Below are positions 1 through 9,998 of a stretch of 64,000 nucleotides of DNA, in pieces. This DNA comes from Thermodesulfovibrionales bacterium (GTDB lineage Bacteria; Nitrospirota; Thermodesulfovibrionia; Thermodesulfovibrionales; SM23-35). The notes below the pieces were generated by a model. It worked only from the letters and a program-made list of their open reading frames with translations. It was not told the DNA's origin and did no database searches. Made by a program: the position numbers and the translations under genes. Within the stretch, counting starts at the first letter, position 1. Each line of letters opens with the position of its first letter. The DNA lies in assembly GCA_963715195.1 (NCBI GenBank), contig CAVQRT010000031.1:96001-160000 (forward strand). Direction: 5' to 3'.

Positions 1-263
1 AGCACCTGCCGCAGGGTCACGTTGACGCTTCTGAACCCTGTTCCAACAGGGGTTGTAACGGGCCCCTTTATCGCGACCTTGTTCTTTCTGATGGAATCAA
101 TCACCCTCTCCGGCAAGGGTGTGCCTTCTTTTTCAAAAACATCGAGGCCTGCTTTTTGGATATCCCACCGGATAGGTACCCCGGTAGCTTCGAGGACTCT
201 CTTTGTCGCCCCGGATATTTCCGGCCCTGTGCCGTCTCCCGGAATTAAGGTGATCGTGTACAT
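1..263 (-). CDS. icd: Isocitrate/isopropylmalate dehydrogenase family protein, probably NAD-type isocitrate dehydrogenase (5' part only, runs off the window)
   Basis: Manual translation from ATG at 263: [28 protein letters not shown]...[23 protein letters not shown], with the IPGDGxGPE and KGPxTTP motifs of this family. Not in the ORF track. Confidence 0.8.
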   Translation of the reverse strand, partial: MYTITLIPGDGTGPEISGATKRVLEATGVPIRWDIQKAGLDVFEKEGTPLPERVIDSIRKNKVAIKGPVTTPVGTGFRSVNVTLRQV

Positions 264-1499
264 TTATATATTTACCGTCAATATTTTTTTTATGACTTCC
301 GGATAGGTTGCCGCCAGCCTCAGTTCATCATCGGTTAATGGTTTCTGCGTATGCAGGTTTGCGTATTGCACGAGTTCAAGCACTTTCCTTGCCTCATTGT
401 CATCATGAAAATGGATTCCGAGTTTGTCGTACACATGCCTGAATCCTTTAATGCCGCCGTATTCTCCTGTTGTTATGATTCTCCCCGTTTCGCTCAGTTC
501 AGGTTCACCTCTCCCGACATCCTCAGGATCATACAGTTCATAATTTCTCCTGTCCTTCAGGGCACCATCAGCATGGATGCCTGATTCATGCGCAAAGGCA
601 TTCGCCCCTATCCCTGGCTGGATAATCGGAATGGGGATATTGAACGCATAGGAAGCGTATCTCCCGATTTTCCATGCTTTCTTGAGGTCAACATCTTCAT
701 CGAGGGGGAGTTTGTCTTTCAGACCCTGAGAGAATTTCAGTGCGAGGATTGTTGCAATCAGATCGCAGTTGCCACAGCGCTCGCCATACCCGTTGATCGT
801 CGTATTGATATAGGAATTAATGCCGACTTCGACCGACCCCTGTGCCCCTGCAATCGAGACAGCCTCAGCCATGCCAAGATCATTGTGGCAGTGCATTTCC
901 AGGGGAAATTTTGTTGCAAGTGCCAGAGCCTTTGCGCGTTCATAGATTGTTATCGGGTCATCAGTCCCCAGCGTATCGCAGTATCTGAACCGGTCTGCAC
1001 CTGCCTCCTTACCTGCAAGAACGAATTCTATCAGCCTGTCAAGCTCTGTCCTTGAAGCGTCTTCCGCGTTGATGCCAATGGTTTCTGCGCCAAGTCCCTT
1101 CGCTGTCTTGACAGCTTCTACGAGGGATTTGATAATATCTTTAAACGACTTTTTCCCCTGAAACTTTCCTTTGATCATAATCTCAGACGTGGACATAGAG
1201 ATATTCAGATGTTTCAGCTCAGGACAGTTCTTGAAACTCAGCATTACGTCTTCGGGAATCGCCCTGCACCATCCTTCAAGATGAATCCTCTTTATGGCTC
1301 CGAGTTTGACCAGTTCGAGATTGGCATTGATATAGTTTATCTCGTGTTTTAAGGTTGGAAAGCCTATCTCACTCTGATAAATGCCCATTTCGTCCAGATA
1401 GATATTCAACATAGTCTTCGACAGTTTGGGGAGGAGTATCCTTGATGTCTGGACACCGTCCCTGTTCGTCACATCAATCAGGTAAACTTTACTTTTCAT
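264..1499 (-). CDS. LeuA/homocitrate synthase-family DRE-TIM enzyme, probable Re-citrate synthase
   Basis: DVTNRDGVQT, HCHNDLG, GERCGN and HESGIHADG motifs. Likely start MKSKVYLID at 1499. Directly abuts icd. Confidence 0.8.
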   Translation of the reverse strand: MKSKVYLIDVTNRDGVQTSRILLPKLSKTMLNIYLDEMGIYQSEIGFPTLKHEINYINANLELVKLGAIKRIHLEGWCRAIPEDVMLSFKNCPELKHLNISMSTSEIMIKGKFQGKKSFKDIIKSLVEAVKTAKGLGAETIGINAEDASRTELDRLIEFVLAGKEAGADRFRYCDTLGTDDPITIYERAKALALATKFPLEMHCHNDLGMAEAVSIAGAQGSVEVGINSYINTTINGYGERCGNCDLIATILALKFSQGLKDKLPLDEDVDLKKAWKIGRYASYAFNIPIPIIQPGIGANAFAHESGIHADGALKDRRNYELYDPEDVGRGEPELSETGRIITTGEYGGIKGFRHVYDKLGIHFHDDNEARKVLELVQYANLHTQKPLTDDELRLAATYPEVIKKILTVNI

Positions 1500-1755
1500 A
1501 TAATTCTTTGGTCTCTTTCTTAAAATTTCGGTCCCAACATATATGAGAGGGATGAGGATCCCGGCGGAAATTCCTAACAGATCGCACGTAGTAAGAAAAT
1601 CTTTAAAATATGCAAAACACCTTATTATTACCAAAAATGATTGAATATTACAATAATTCCTGCGCAGTCTTGTCCAAAGCATCATTTAAAACTGGAAAAG
1701 AGAGGCACTCTTTGGTAAAATGAATGCCAGTTTTACGGCATATCGGGGGCAACCA

Positions 1756-2496
1756 GTGGATTTTAAGGGACAATTCGGCATTGTTACCGGCGGCACACGC
1801 GGGATAGGAAAGGCGATTGCCGAAAGGCTCGCCCGTAAGGGAGTAAATCTGATTGTTGCAGCGAGAACATCCGCCTCAGCTCAGGACGTGGCAGCTTCAC
1901 TCTCAAAACTCGGTGTTACGGTGATCGGAATGAAACTCGATGTATCGAATGCGGCAGAAGTGGAGCAGGTATTCGAGGCGGCACGGAAGGAGTTTGGCAG
2001 AATCGATATCCTGGTGAACAACGCCGGAATTACAAAAGATGGACTGTTGATGAGAATGAGGGAAGATGCCTGGGACGCCGTCATGGACATCAACTTGAAG
2101 GGAGTTTTCCTTTGCTCAAGGGAAGCCATTAAGGATATGATAAGGCAGCGGTATGGGAGAATTATCAACATTACCTCTGTCGCCGCTTTTATGGGGAATC
2201 CCGGACAGGCAAATTACAGCGCTTCTAAGGCAGGGATTGTTGGTTTTACTAAGACAGTTGCCCGTGAATATGCCGTCAGGGGGATCACTGTTAACGCTGT
2301 TGCCCCGGGCTTTATAGAAACAGCAATGACCGATATTCTTCCCGGCAGTATCAAGGATGAGATGAAGAAGCTGATTCCGCTGGGACGGTTCGGAACTGTT
2401 GATGACGTCGCAGAGGCAGTTATTTTTCTTGCCTCACCTGATGCAGGCTATATTACCGGTCAGGTGATTCATGTGAACGGTGGAATGTATATGTAA
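1756..2496 (+). CDS. fabG: 3-oxoacyl-ACP reductase
   Basis: TGGTRGIG, NNAGITKD, YSASK and VNGGMYM motifs. Probable GTG start at 1756 (ORF opens at 1720). Confidence 0.95.
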   Translation: MDFKGQFGIVTGGTRGIGKAIAERLARKGVNLIVAARTSASAQDVAASLSKLGVTVIGMKLDVSNAAEVEQVFEAARKEFGRIDILVNNAGITKDGLLMRMREDAWDAVMDINLKGVFLCSREAIKDMIRQRYGRIINITSVAAFMGNPGQANYSASKAGIVGFTKTVAREYAVRGITVNAVAPGFIETAMTDILPGSIKDEMKKLIPLGRFGTVDDVAEAVIFLASPDAGYITGQVIHVNGGMYM

Positions 2497-2522
2497 CACG
2501 ATGCGCGATAATGTTGCCATTC

Positions 2523-2557
2523 TGCATCATGGATCATGCATTATGCATCGTGAATCG
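2523..2557. repeat. Degenerate heptamer array (TGCATCA-like x5)
   Basis: tgcatca tggatca tgcatta tgcatcg tgaatcg between fabG and acpP. Confidence 0.7.
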
Positions 2558-2584
2558 TAAAATATGAAATTCGGAGGTGAATGA

Positions 2585-2812
2585 ATGATTGAAGAAAAGG
2601 TTACAGAGATTATTGCAAAACAGCTTGGAGTGAATTCGGCAGAGGTTGTGCCGGAAGCATCTTTTGTTGAAGACCTCGGTGCGGATTCTCTTGATACAGT
2701 GGAACTCGTCATGGCATTTGAAGAGGCCTTTGGTATTGAGATACCGGATGAGGATGCAGAAAAGATTGTCAAAGTCAAAGATGCAATAGAATACATCAAT
2801 AAGAAAAAATAA
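2585..2812 (+). CDS. acpP: Acyl carrier protein
   Basis: [18 protein letters not shown] motif; GGAGG RBS upstream. Confidence 0.97.
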   Translation: MIEEKVTEIIAKQLGVNSAEVVPEASFVEDLGADSLDTVELVMAFEEAFGIEIPDEDAEKIVKVKDAIEYINKKK

Positions 2813-2835
2813 CCCGAGACCTTCAGGAAATTCAG

Positions 2836-4081
2836 ATGTCTAAACGAAGAGTTGTCGTAACAGGAGTAGGCATGATTACTCCTTTGGGTGTTAGTGCTGA
2901 TGAGAGTTGGGCCGGTCTTATGGAGGGAAGGCCGGGCATAAGGAAAATCACCCAGTTTGATGCCTCTGCATTCCCGACCCAGATTGCCGGTGAAGTTGAC
3001 GGCTTCAACCCCGAAGACTATATTGAATTGAAAGAAATAAAAAAAATGGACCGTTTTATCCATTTTGCTCTTGCTGCCGCGACAATGGCACTGAGAGATT
3101 CCGGGCTGCAAGATTACCGACGAGAATGCAGGGCGGACAGGGGTGATCGTCGGTTCGGGTATGGGCGGGCTGCATGCTATTGAGCATTATCATTCAGTGT
3201 ATCTTGAAAAAGGGCCGAAGAGAATCAGCCCTTTTTTCATCCCCATGCTCATTATCAATCTGGCTTCTGGTCAGATATCGATCAAGTTCGGAGCAAAAGG
3301 CCCAAATTCTGCTGTTGCTACAGCATGTGCAACGGGAAGCCATTCAATCGGTGATGCTTTTAAAATCATTCAACGCGGTGATGCTGATTTCATGATAGCT
3401 GGCGGAACAGAGGCGGTGATAACTCCCCTGGGTATCGGGGGATTTAATGCCATGAAAACACTTTCAATGAGAAATCACGAGCCTGAAAAGGCAAGCAGGC
3501 CGTTTGATATTGACCGGGACGGTTTTATTATGGGGGAAGGGGCCGGAATTTTGATTCTCGAGAATATTGAAAGCGCGATCGAAAGGGGAGCGAGAATTTA
3601 CGCAGAGTTGGCCGGCTATGGCATGACTGCCGATGCATACCACATTACATCCCCTTCACCGGGTGGCGAGGGAGCGGCACGGTGCATGGAGTGCGCACTT
3701 GCAGATGCCGGTATCCATCCTTCAGAGATCCGGTATATCAATGCTCACGGTACGTCCACCAAGTACGGTGATGAACTTGAGACCAATGCAATTAAAACCG
3801 TTTTTGGAGAACATGCATACAAGCTCTGTATCAGTTCGACGAAGTCAATGATGGGGCATCTGCTCGGTGCTGCAGGAGGTGTCGAAGCAGTTATTACCGC
3901 CCTCTCTATTTACCAAGACTGCGTCCCGCCGACTATAAACCTCGATACCCCTGATCCTGAATGCGATCTCGACTACGTCCCCCATACATTGAGAAAGATG
4001 TCAGTGGATTATGCCTTAACGAATTCATTCGGGTTCGGCGGAACAAATGCCTGTCTTGTCCTGAAAAAATTTGCTCCGTAA
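2836..4081 (+). CDS. fabF: Beta-ketoacyl-ACP synthase II, split by one +1 indel near 3109 (probable sequencing error)
   Basis: ORFs 2836-3183 (RRVVVTG) and 3143-4081 (TACATG, HGTST, GHLLGA, NSFGFGG) join into [21 protein letters not shown] if one base near 3109 is removed. Confidence 0.92.
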
Positions 4082-4108
4082 CAAATCTGATTTTGTACAG
4101 TCTGCCCA

Positions 4109-4825
4109 ATGGTTGAGAATACGATAACAGCATTGGAAAATATTCTCGGCTATTCGTTCAAAAACAGGCAGATTCTCTTCAATGCCCTGACCCACCGGTC
4201 ATTTTTTCACGAGAATCCCGGCAAAACGGAGGATTACAATGAAAGACTCGAATTTCTGGGCGATTCAGTCCTCGGGTTTGTCATTGTCGAATATCTCTAT
4301 TTATCAGACAGTAGCCTTACGGAATCAATTATGGCAAAGGCCAAATCATATCTCGTGAAAGAATCCGTCCTTTCGGAGGTTGCTGCTTCGCTCTCTCTTG
4401 GAAAATACCTCAGACTGGGAAAGGGAGAGGAATCTACCGGGGGCAGGATGAAAAAGTCTCTCCTCGCTGATGCGATGGAAGCAGTTTTCGGGGCGGTATA
4501 TCTGGATGGTGGTTATGAGAAAGCACGACGGGTCATCCTGGGCCTCTTTCAAAAAAAGGTAGATTCTGTTCTGATATCAGGTGAGTTCCATGATTTCAAG
4601 ACTGAGCTCCAGGAAAAAACCCAGCTGCTTTTTAATAGTATTCCTGAATACAGAACGGTAAGGCAGGAAGGTGAAGAGCACAGGAAGCTCTTTACCGTAG
4701 ATGTATACATCGAAGGGCAAAAGCTTGGCACGGGCTTCGGAAAAAGCAAAAAAGAAGCAGAGACCAACGCCGCCCAAAAAGCACTTTGCCAGCTTCAGAC
4801 ACAGACCGGCAAAGAATCAATTTGA
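4109..4825 (+). CDS. rnc: Ribonuclease III
   Basis: NERLEFLGDSVL signature and C-terminal dsRBD (GKSKKEAE). Confidence 0.97.
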   Translation: MVENTITALENILGYSFKNRQILFNALTHRSFFHENPGKTEDYNERLEFLGDSVLGFVIVEYLYLSDSSLTESIMAKAKSYLVKESVLSEVAASLSLGKYLRLGKGEESTGGRMKKSLLADAMEAVFGAVYLDGGYEKARRVILGLFQKKVDSVLISGEFHDFKTELQEKTQLLFNSIPEYRTVRQEGEEHRKLFTVDVYIEGQKLGTGFGKSKKEAETNAAQKALCQLQTQTGKESI

Positions 4826-4896
4826 CGATTCCTGCATTTTTTGTTAGCCTTTCTTGAGAGTCTTACATCCTCAAAATACTCACGGAGGTGATTCAG

Positions 4897-5052
4897 ATGG
4901 CAAAGGATCCCGTATGTAATATGACGGTGGATGAACAAAAAGCTGCCGCCACGAGCGTATACAAAGGTACTCCCTATTACTTTTGTGCAAAAATCTGCAA
5001 GGAGAAGTTTGATAAGGATCCCGAGAAATTTGTGGCGAAAGAGAAGAAGTAA
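4897..5052 (+). CDS. Small YHS/TRASH-domain metal-binding protein (51 aa)
   Basis: Manual translation MAKDPVCNMTVDEQKAAATSVYKGTPYYFCAKICKEKFDKDPEKFVAKEKK; GGAGG RBS; below the ORF-track cutoff. Confidence 0.9.
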   Translation: MAKDPVCNMTVDEQKAAATSVYKGTPYYFCAKICKEKFDKDPEKFVAKEKK

Positions 5053-5114
5053 GGGGGTGATGAACCGACCGATATCAGGATATCCAATATTCTGAGCATG
5101 TGGTGATTGTGTAG

Positions 5115-5150
5115 AGGTCTCAAAAATCCTGGATTTTTGAGACCTTTTTT
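5115..5150 (+). terminator. Perfect 15-bp inverted repeat followed by a T-run (terminator/attenuator or operator)
   Basis: aggtctcaaaaatcc-t-ggatttttgagacct then ttttt, between the YHS gene and copA. Confidence 0.55.
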
Positions 5151-5166
5151 CTTTAAGGGAGGAAAG

Positions 5167-7575
5167 ATGGAAGTTACAGATCCTGTATGTAAAATGATTA
5201 TCGATGAAAATGATGCCGTAGCCACTTCTTTCTATAAAGGGACGACATATCATTTTTGCACCGAGCACTGCAAAGAGGCCTTTGACAAGGATCCGGAGAT
5301 ATATTTATCAGAGAAGGGCAGTGCTGAGCAGGGGTCCAATCAGGGAACATGTGATGGGTACACATGCCCAATGCACCCTGAGGTAAAACAGGAAAAATTT
5401 GGTTCATGCCCTCGGTGCGGCATGGCACTCGAACCGGTTGCACAGGCATCGTCCCTGAAGACTGAATGGATATGCCCAATGCACCCTGAGGTTTTACAGG
5501 ATACCTCCGGCAGTTGTCCAATCTGCGGAATGGCACTTGAACCAAGGACGGTGATGATTCAAGAGGAAGAGAACCCCGAACTGAGCGACATGAAGCGACG
5601 GTTCATCATAAGCGCTCTGTTCTCATTGCCCGTTGTGTTCATCGCAATGCAGCACATGATTCCGGGGATGTTACTCGATCGACTGATACATCATGATACC
5701 CAGCGATGGGCTGAATTCCTGTTCACCACTCCGGTGGTGCTGTGGTGCGGATGGCCTTTTTTTGTGCGTGGGTGGCAATCGATTGTCAATCGCAGTCCCA
5801 ATATGTTTACCCTGATTGGCCTCGGCGTCATTGTTGCCTATGGATATAGTGTCATCGCAACATTTTTCCCCGGTATCTTCCCTGAATCCTTCAGGCAGGA
5901 AAACGGCACCGTCGGAGTATATTTCGAGGCTGCAGCCGTCATCGTGACTCTTGTCCTGCTCGGGCAGGTTCTTGAACTGAAGGCAAGGGGACAGACCGGT
6001 GCAGCGATACGCGCGCTGTTGGGATTAACCCCTAAAACTGCGAGAAGGCTTAATGAGGATGGTTCTGAAGAGGATATCCCGCTCGAGGACATTAGACCCG
6101 GCGATAGGCTCAGAGTCCGGCCGGGTGAAAAAATCCCCGTGGACGGCACTGTGATCGAGGGATCGAGTTCGGTTGACGAATCCATGATTACCGGCGAACC
6201 GATACCGGTTGAAAAACGGGGTGCAGACCGTGTAATCGGTGCGACAGTCAACAGCACCGGGACGATCATCATGAAAGCTGAGAAAGTGGGTGCAGAAACT
6301 CTCCTGTCACGGATCGTTCAAATGGTGGCTGAAGCGCAGAGAAGCAGGGCACCGATACAGAGACTGGTTGATGTTGTTGCATCGTATTTCGTACAGATTG
6401 TTATTACCGTGGCTCTTGTCACATTTATTCTGTGGATGTTGCTGGGACCTGAACCGCGTTTTGCATTTGCGCTGATCAACGCGGTTTCTGTACTTATCAT
6501 TGCATGTCCTTGCGCACTGGGTCTTGCAACTCCGATGTCGATCATGGTCGCCATGGGGAAAGGAACAACTGCAGGAGTGCTTTTTAAAAATGCCGAAGCC
6601 ATAGAACTCATGAAGAAAATCAATACCCTGGTTATCGATAAGACCGGGACCCTGACCATCGGAAAACCTAAGCTGGTGGCAATTGTTCCGTTCGATCAGT
6701 ATGATGAAAAAACGGTCCTCGCCTATGCTGCAAGTCTAGAAAGGGGCAGTGAACATCCGCTGGCCTCTGCCATCATGGCTGAAGCAGAAGAAAGGAAGAT
6801 CGATCAGATGCATGCTGAAGCGTTTGAAGCGGTGCCGGGGAAAGGTGTCAGGGGGACGGTACAAGGGACTTCCGTCATTCTCGGGAACCTGCATTTGCTA
6901 AACGACATGAATGTCGATGCGAAAAAATATTTACCGGTTGCTGAAAAAATGAGGGCGGACGGACAGACGGTCATGTTTGTTGTTTCGAATAATCATGTCG
7001 CGGGTTTATTGGGGGTTGCTGATCCGATTAAAGAAACGACACCGGAAGCTATCGAACACCTCCACAGAGATGGCTTGAGGATCGTTATGCTGACGGGTGA
7101 TAGCCGTACAACGGCAGAGGCTGTCGCACGAACATTGGGGATTGATGAAGTCATCGCTGAAGTCCTGCCGGATCAAAAAGCTGAGAAAGTAAAGAAATTG
7201 CAGGACGAGGGTTATATCGTTGCAATGGCAGGTGACGGCATTAATGACGCTCCGGCTCTGGCTCAGGCAGACGTTGGTATTGCAATGGGGACGGGAACTG
7301 ATGTGGCGATGGAAAGCGCCGGAGTGACCCTGGTCAAGGGAGACCTGAGAGGCATTGTGCGGGCACGGCTTTTGAGCCGGGCAACCATGCGGAATATCAG
7401 ACAGAATCTTTTTTGGGCCTTTGCTTATAACTCGGTGGGCATCCCCATGGCAGCAGGCATACTCTATCCCTTCTTCGGGATCCTCTTAAGTCCCATGATC
7501 GCCGCCGCTGCAATGAGTTTCAGTTCTGTTTCTGTTATCGGAAATGCTTTGAGGTTGCGCAGGGTAAAGTTGTAA
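5167..7575 (+). CDS. copA: Cu(I)/Ag(I)-translocating P1B-type ATPase with N-terminal YHS and two CPMHP metal-binding domains
   Basis: CPC, DKTGTLT, SEHPL, GDGIND, YN and MSFSS motifs; start at 5167 behind GGAGG. Confidence 0.92.
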   Translation: MEVTDPVCKMIIDENDAVATSFYKGTTYHFCTEHCKEAFDKDPEIYLSEKGSAEQGSNQGTCDGYTCPMHPEVKQEKFGSCPRCGMALEPVAQASSLKTEWICPMHPEVLQDTSGSCPICGMALEPRTVMIQEEENPELSDMKRRFIISALFSLPVVFIAMQHMIPGMLLDRLIHHDTQRWAEFLFTTPVVLWCGWPFFVRGWQSIVNRSPNMFTLIGLGVIVAYGYSVIATFFPGIFPESFRQENGTVGVYFEAAAVIVTLVLLGQVLELKARGQTGAAIRALLGLTPKTARRLNEDGSEEDIPLEDIRPGDRLRVRPGEKIPVDGTVIEGSSSVDESMITGEPIPVEKRGADRVIGATVNSTGTIIMKAEKVGAETLLSRIVQMVAEAQRSRAPIQRLVDVVASYFVQIVITVALVTFILWMLLGPEPRFAFALINAVSVLIIACPCALGLATPMSIMVAMGKGTTAGVLFKNAEAIELMKKINTLVIDKTGTLTIGKPKLVAIVPFDQYDEKTVLAYAASLERGSEHPLASAIMAEAEERKIDQMHAEAFEAVPGKGVRGTVQGTSVILGNLHLLNDMNVDAKKYLPVAEKMRADGQTVMFVVSNNHVAGLLGVADPIKETTPEAIEHLHRDGLRIVMLTGDSRTTAEAVARTLGIDEVIAEVLPDQKAEKVKKLQDEGYIVAMAGDGINDAPALAQADVGIAMGTGTDVAMESAGVTLVKGDLRGIVRARLLSRATMRNIRQNLFWAFAYNSVGIPMAAGILYPFFGILLSPMIAAAAMSFSSVSVIGNALRLRRVKL

Positions 7576-7586
7576 AGACAGAAATG

Positions 7587-8042
7587 TTACTTGTGTTCAA
7601 ATAAAGTTTTTACCTCGTTCATCAGTTCGTTGATATCTTTGAACTGACGGTAAACAGAGGCAAACCTTACATAGGCGACCTTATCGAGTTCCCTGAGAGA
7701 TGACATCACCTCTTCACCAATCCAGGTGCTCTGAATTTCCTTGATGCCCAGTCCGATGAGCTTCTTCTCGATTGTGTCTGTAATGCCCTCGAGCGTTTCC
7801 ATGCCGATCGGTCTTTTTTCACAAGCCTTTTTCAGGCCTGCAAGGACTTTTTCCCGTTCGAAAGGTTCTCTCCGGCTATCCTTCTTGACGACCATGGGAA
7901 TGATATCTTCTACGCGCTCGTATGAGGTAAAACGCTTCGCGCACTTCAGACATTCACGTCTCCGGCGTATTGCGTTTCCCTCCCTGCTCGTGCGGGAGTC
8001 GATAACCTTATCTTCAAGATTTCCGCAGAACGGACACTTCAT
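7587..8042 (-). CDS. nrdR: Transcriptional repressor NrdR
   Basis: MKCPFC...DSR...RRRRECLKC zinc ribbon, ATP cone, AYVRFASVY. Confidence 0.97.
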   Translation of the reverse strand: MKCPFCGNLEDKVIDSRTSREGNAIRRRRECLKCAKRFTSYERVEDIIPMVVKKDSRREPFEREKVLAGLKKACEKRPIGMETLEGITDTIEKKLIGLGIKEIQSTWIGEEVMSSLRELDKVAYVRFASVYRQFKDINELMNEVKTLFEHK

Positions 8043-8049
8043 AGAGGAT

Positions 8050-8240
8050 AAATCCTAAATCCTAATATCGAAATCCTAAACGTTATGACAATATTCAGCA
8101 TAGGACTTTTAGTGACTCAATATTATTATGAGATTACCACGGTCTATGCAACCTCGCAATGACAACGTAACGACTATTGAATGCATTATTTACCGTGAAT
8201 TTCGTGTCTTTCTTAGGATTCAGAATTTCGTGCTTATTCT
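8050..8240. repeat. Intergenic repeat complex: AAATCCT-type heptamer array, a complementary array near 8200-8235 and an embedded REP/RPE-like half element
   Basis: aaatcct aaatcct aatatcg aaatcct; taggatt cagaatt tcgtgct; gagattaccacgg...cctcgcaatgac at 8130-8163. Confidence 0.6.
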
Positions 8241-8242
8241 TG

Positions 8243-9481
8243 TCAGTATATTGGGAACCGGTCGCAGAGCGACTGGACTCTCGTCGAAAAGGATGTCAGT
8301 TCCTCTGCGCCCTTGCGCTTCTCGATGACTGAAGCGATGATATCGGCTATTTCCACCATCTCTGTTTCTGTCATACGCCTTGTTGTGACACAGGGAGTGC
8401 CGAGCCGCAGGCCGCTTGTTATCGTAGGCGGCCTTTCATCATAAGGGATAACGTTTTTATTGACGGTTATCCCGGCTTTCCCAAGAGCTGTTTCAGCATC
8501 TTTTCCGGTGATGTCTTTACTGGTCAAGTCAATAAGCATCATATGATTGTCTGTACCGCCGGAAATAATCCGGAAATCCTTCTTGACGAGCTCTTCCGCA
8601 AGTTTCTTCGCATTCTTTATCACCGAGGACTGATAGTCTCTGAATGAAGGTTCTAACGCTTCTTTCAGCGCAACTGCCTTTGCTGCGATGACATGTACCA
8701 AAGGACCTCCCTGGATACCGGGGAATATCGTCTTGTCTATTGCCCTGGCATATTCAGCCTTGCACATAATCAGGCCGCCTCTGGGTCCTCTCAATGTCTT
8801 ATGGGTTGTTGAAGTGACAAAATCGGCATGCGGTATCGGCGAAGGATGAAGACCTGCTGCGATGAGCCCGGCTATGTGGGCTATGTCTGCCATAAGATAC
8901 GCGCCGGCTTCCTTAGCGATATCAGAGAATATCCTGAAATCTATCGTTCTCGAATATGCGCTTGCACCAACAAGGATCATTTTTGGTCTGTGTTCCAGGG
9001 CAAGCCTTCTCACATCCTCATAATCGATATATCCGGAATCTTTATGAACGCCATAGGATACAGATTTGAACAAAGTCCCTGAAAAGTTAACCGATGCACC
9101 ATGTGACAGGTGTCCTCCATGGCTCAGGCTCATGCTTAATATGGTATCACCCGGTTTAAGGACAGCAAAAAAGACCGCCATGTTGGCCTGCGAACCTGAA
9201 TGGGGCTGGACATTCGCATGCTCAGCACCGAAGAGCTTTATTGCACGCTCTATTGCGAGTGTTTCAACAACGTCTGCGTACTCACATCCGCCATAGTATC
9301 TTTTCCCGGGGTATCCTTCGGCATATTTATTGGTGAAGACCGAACCCAGGACTTCAAGCACCGAAAGGCTTGCATAGTTCTCTGAGGCAATGAGGACAAT
9401 GTTCCTCCGTTCCCGCTCTATCTCCTTCTGTATAGCTTCGAATACTTCCGGATCGGTCACTTTAAGGTTTTCAAATAGCAT
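8243..9481 (-). CDS. glyA: Serine hydroxymethyltransferase
   Basis: [21 protein letters not shown] and [12 protein letters not shown] motifs. Confidence 0.98.
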   Translation of the reverse strand: MLFENLKVTDPEVFEAIQKEIERERRNIVLIASENYASLSVLEVLGSVFTNKYAEGYPGKRYYGGCEYADVVETLAIERAIKLFGAEHANVQPHSGSQANMAVFFAVLKPGDTILSMSLSHGGHLSHGASVNFSGTLFKSVSYGVHKDSGYIDYEDVRRLALEHRPKMILVGASAYSRTIDFRIFSDIAKEAGAYLMADIAHIAGLIAAGLHPSPIPHADFVTSTTHKTLRGPRGGLIMCKAEYARAIDKTIFPGIQGGPLVHVIAAKAVALKEALEPSFRDYQSSVIKNAKKLAEELVKKDFRIISGGTDNHMMLIDLTSKDITGKDAETALGKAGITVNKNVIPYDERPPTITSGLRLGTPCVTTRRMTETEMVEIADIIASVIEKRKGAEELTSFSTRVQSLCDRFPIY

Positions 9482-9929
9482 GTTTTTTAAGACGACCCTC
9501 GATAAGAGATATTTTGACGAGTCTCTGAGCGTGTCTTTCGCCTTCGAAAGGAGTACTGATCCACGTTTTCACAATCTCTTTTGCCAGGTCTCTCCCGACT
9601 ATTCTGCCGCCGAGGACGAGGATGTTTGCATCATTGTGAAGTCTGCTCATCTTTGCCGTGAAGAGCTCGTTGCAGAGAGATGCCCTTATCCCCGGGAATT
9701 TATTTGCTACAATGGACATCCCTATCCCCGTCCCGCAGATGAGGATGCCCCTCCCGGCTTTTTTTGCAGAGACGGCTTGGGAGACTTTCTCGCCAAAATC
9801 CGGGTAATCCACTGATTGCGGCCCATCAGTCCCGTAATCAATACATTCAAGACGGAGTTCATGCAAGAGGGAGATAATCTCTTTTTTCAGTTCGATACCC
9901 GCGTGGTCACAGCCGATTGCAATGGTCAT
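9471..9929 (-). CDS. rpiB: Ribose-5-phosphate isomerase B
   Basis: IGCDHAG, DYPD, CGTGIG, RLHNDAN and FEGERH motifs; start uncertain (ORF opens at 9977). Confidence 0.95.
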   Translation of the reverse strand: MTIAIGCDHAGIELKKEIISLLHELRLECIDYGTDGPQSVDYPDFGEKVSQAVSAKKAGRGILICGTGIGMSIVANKFPGIRASLCNELFTAKMSRLHNDANILVLGGRIVGRDLAKEIVKTWISTPFEGERHAQRLVKISLIEGRLKKHAI

Positions 9930-9998
9930 TTTGGTATTCGGTCCCTGGAAACTCTTAATATTATCCGACGGGTTCACGGGAAGTCAAGAATGGCACGC

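Noticed and set aside
2836..4081. Programmed frameshift or pseudogene in fabF
   Set aside because: No slippery sequence and no decay; similar indels in secY point to sequencing error.
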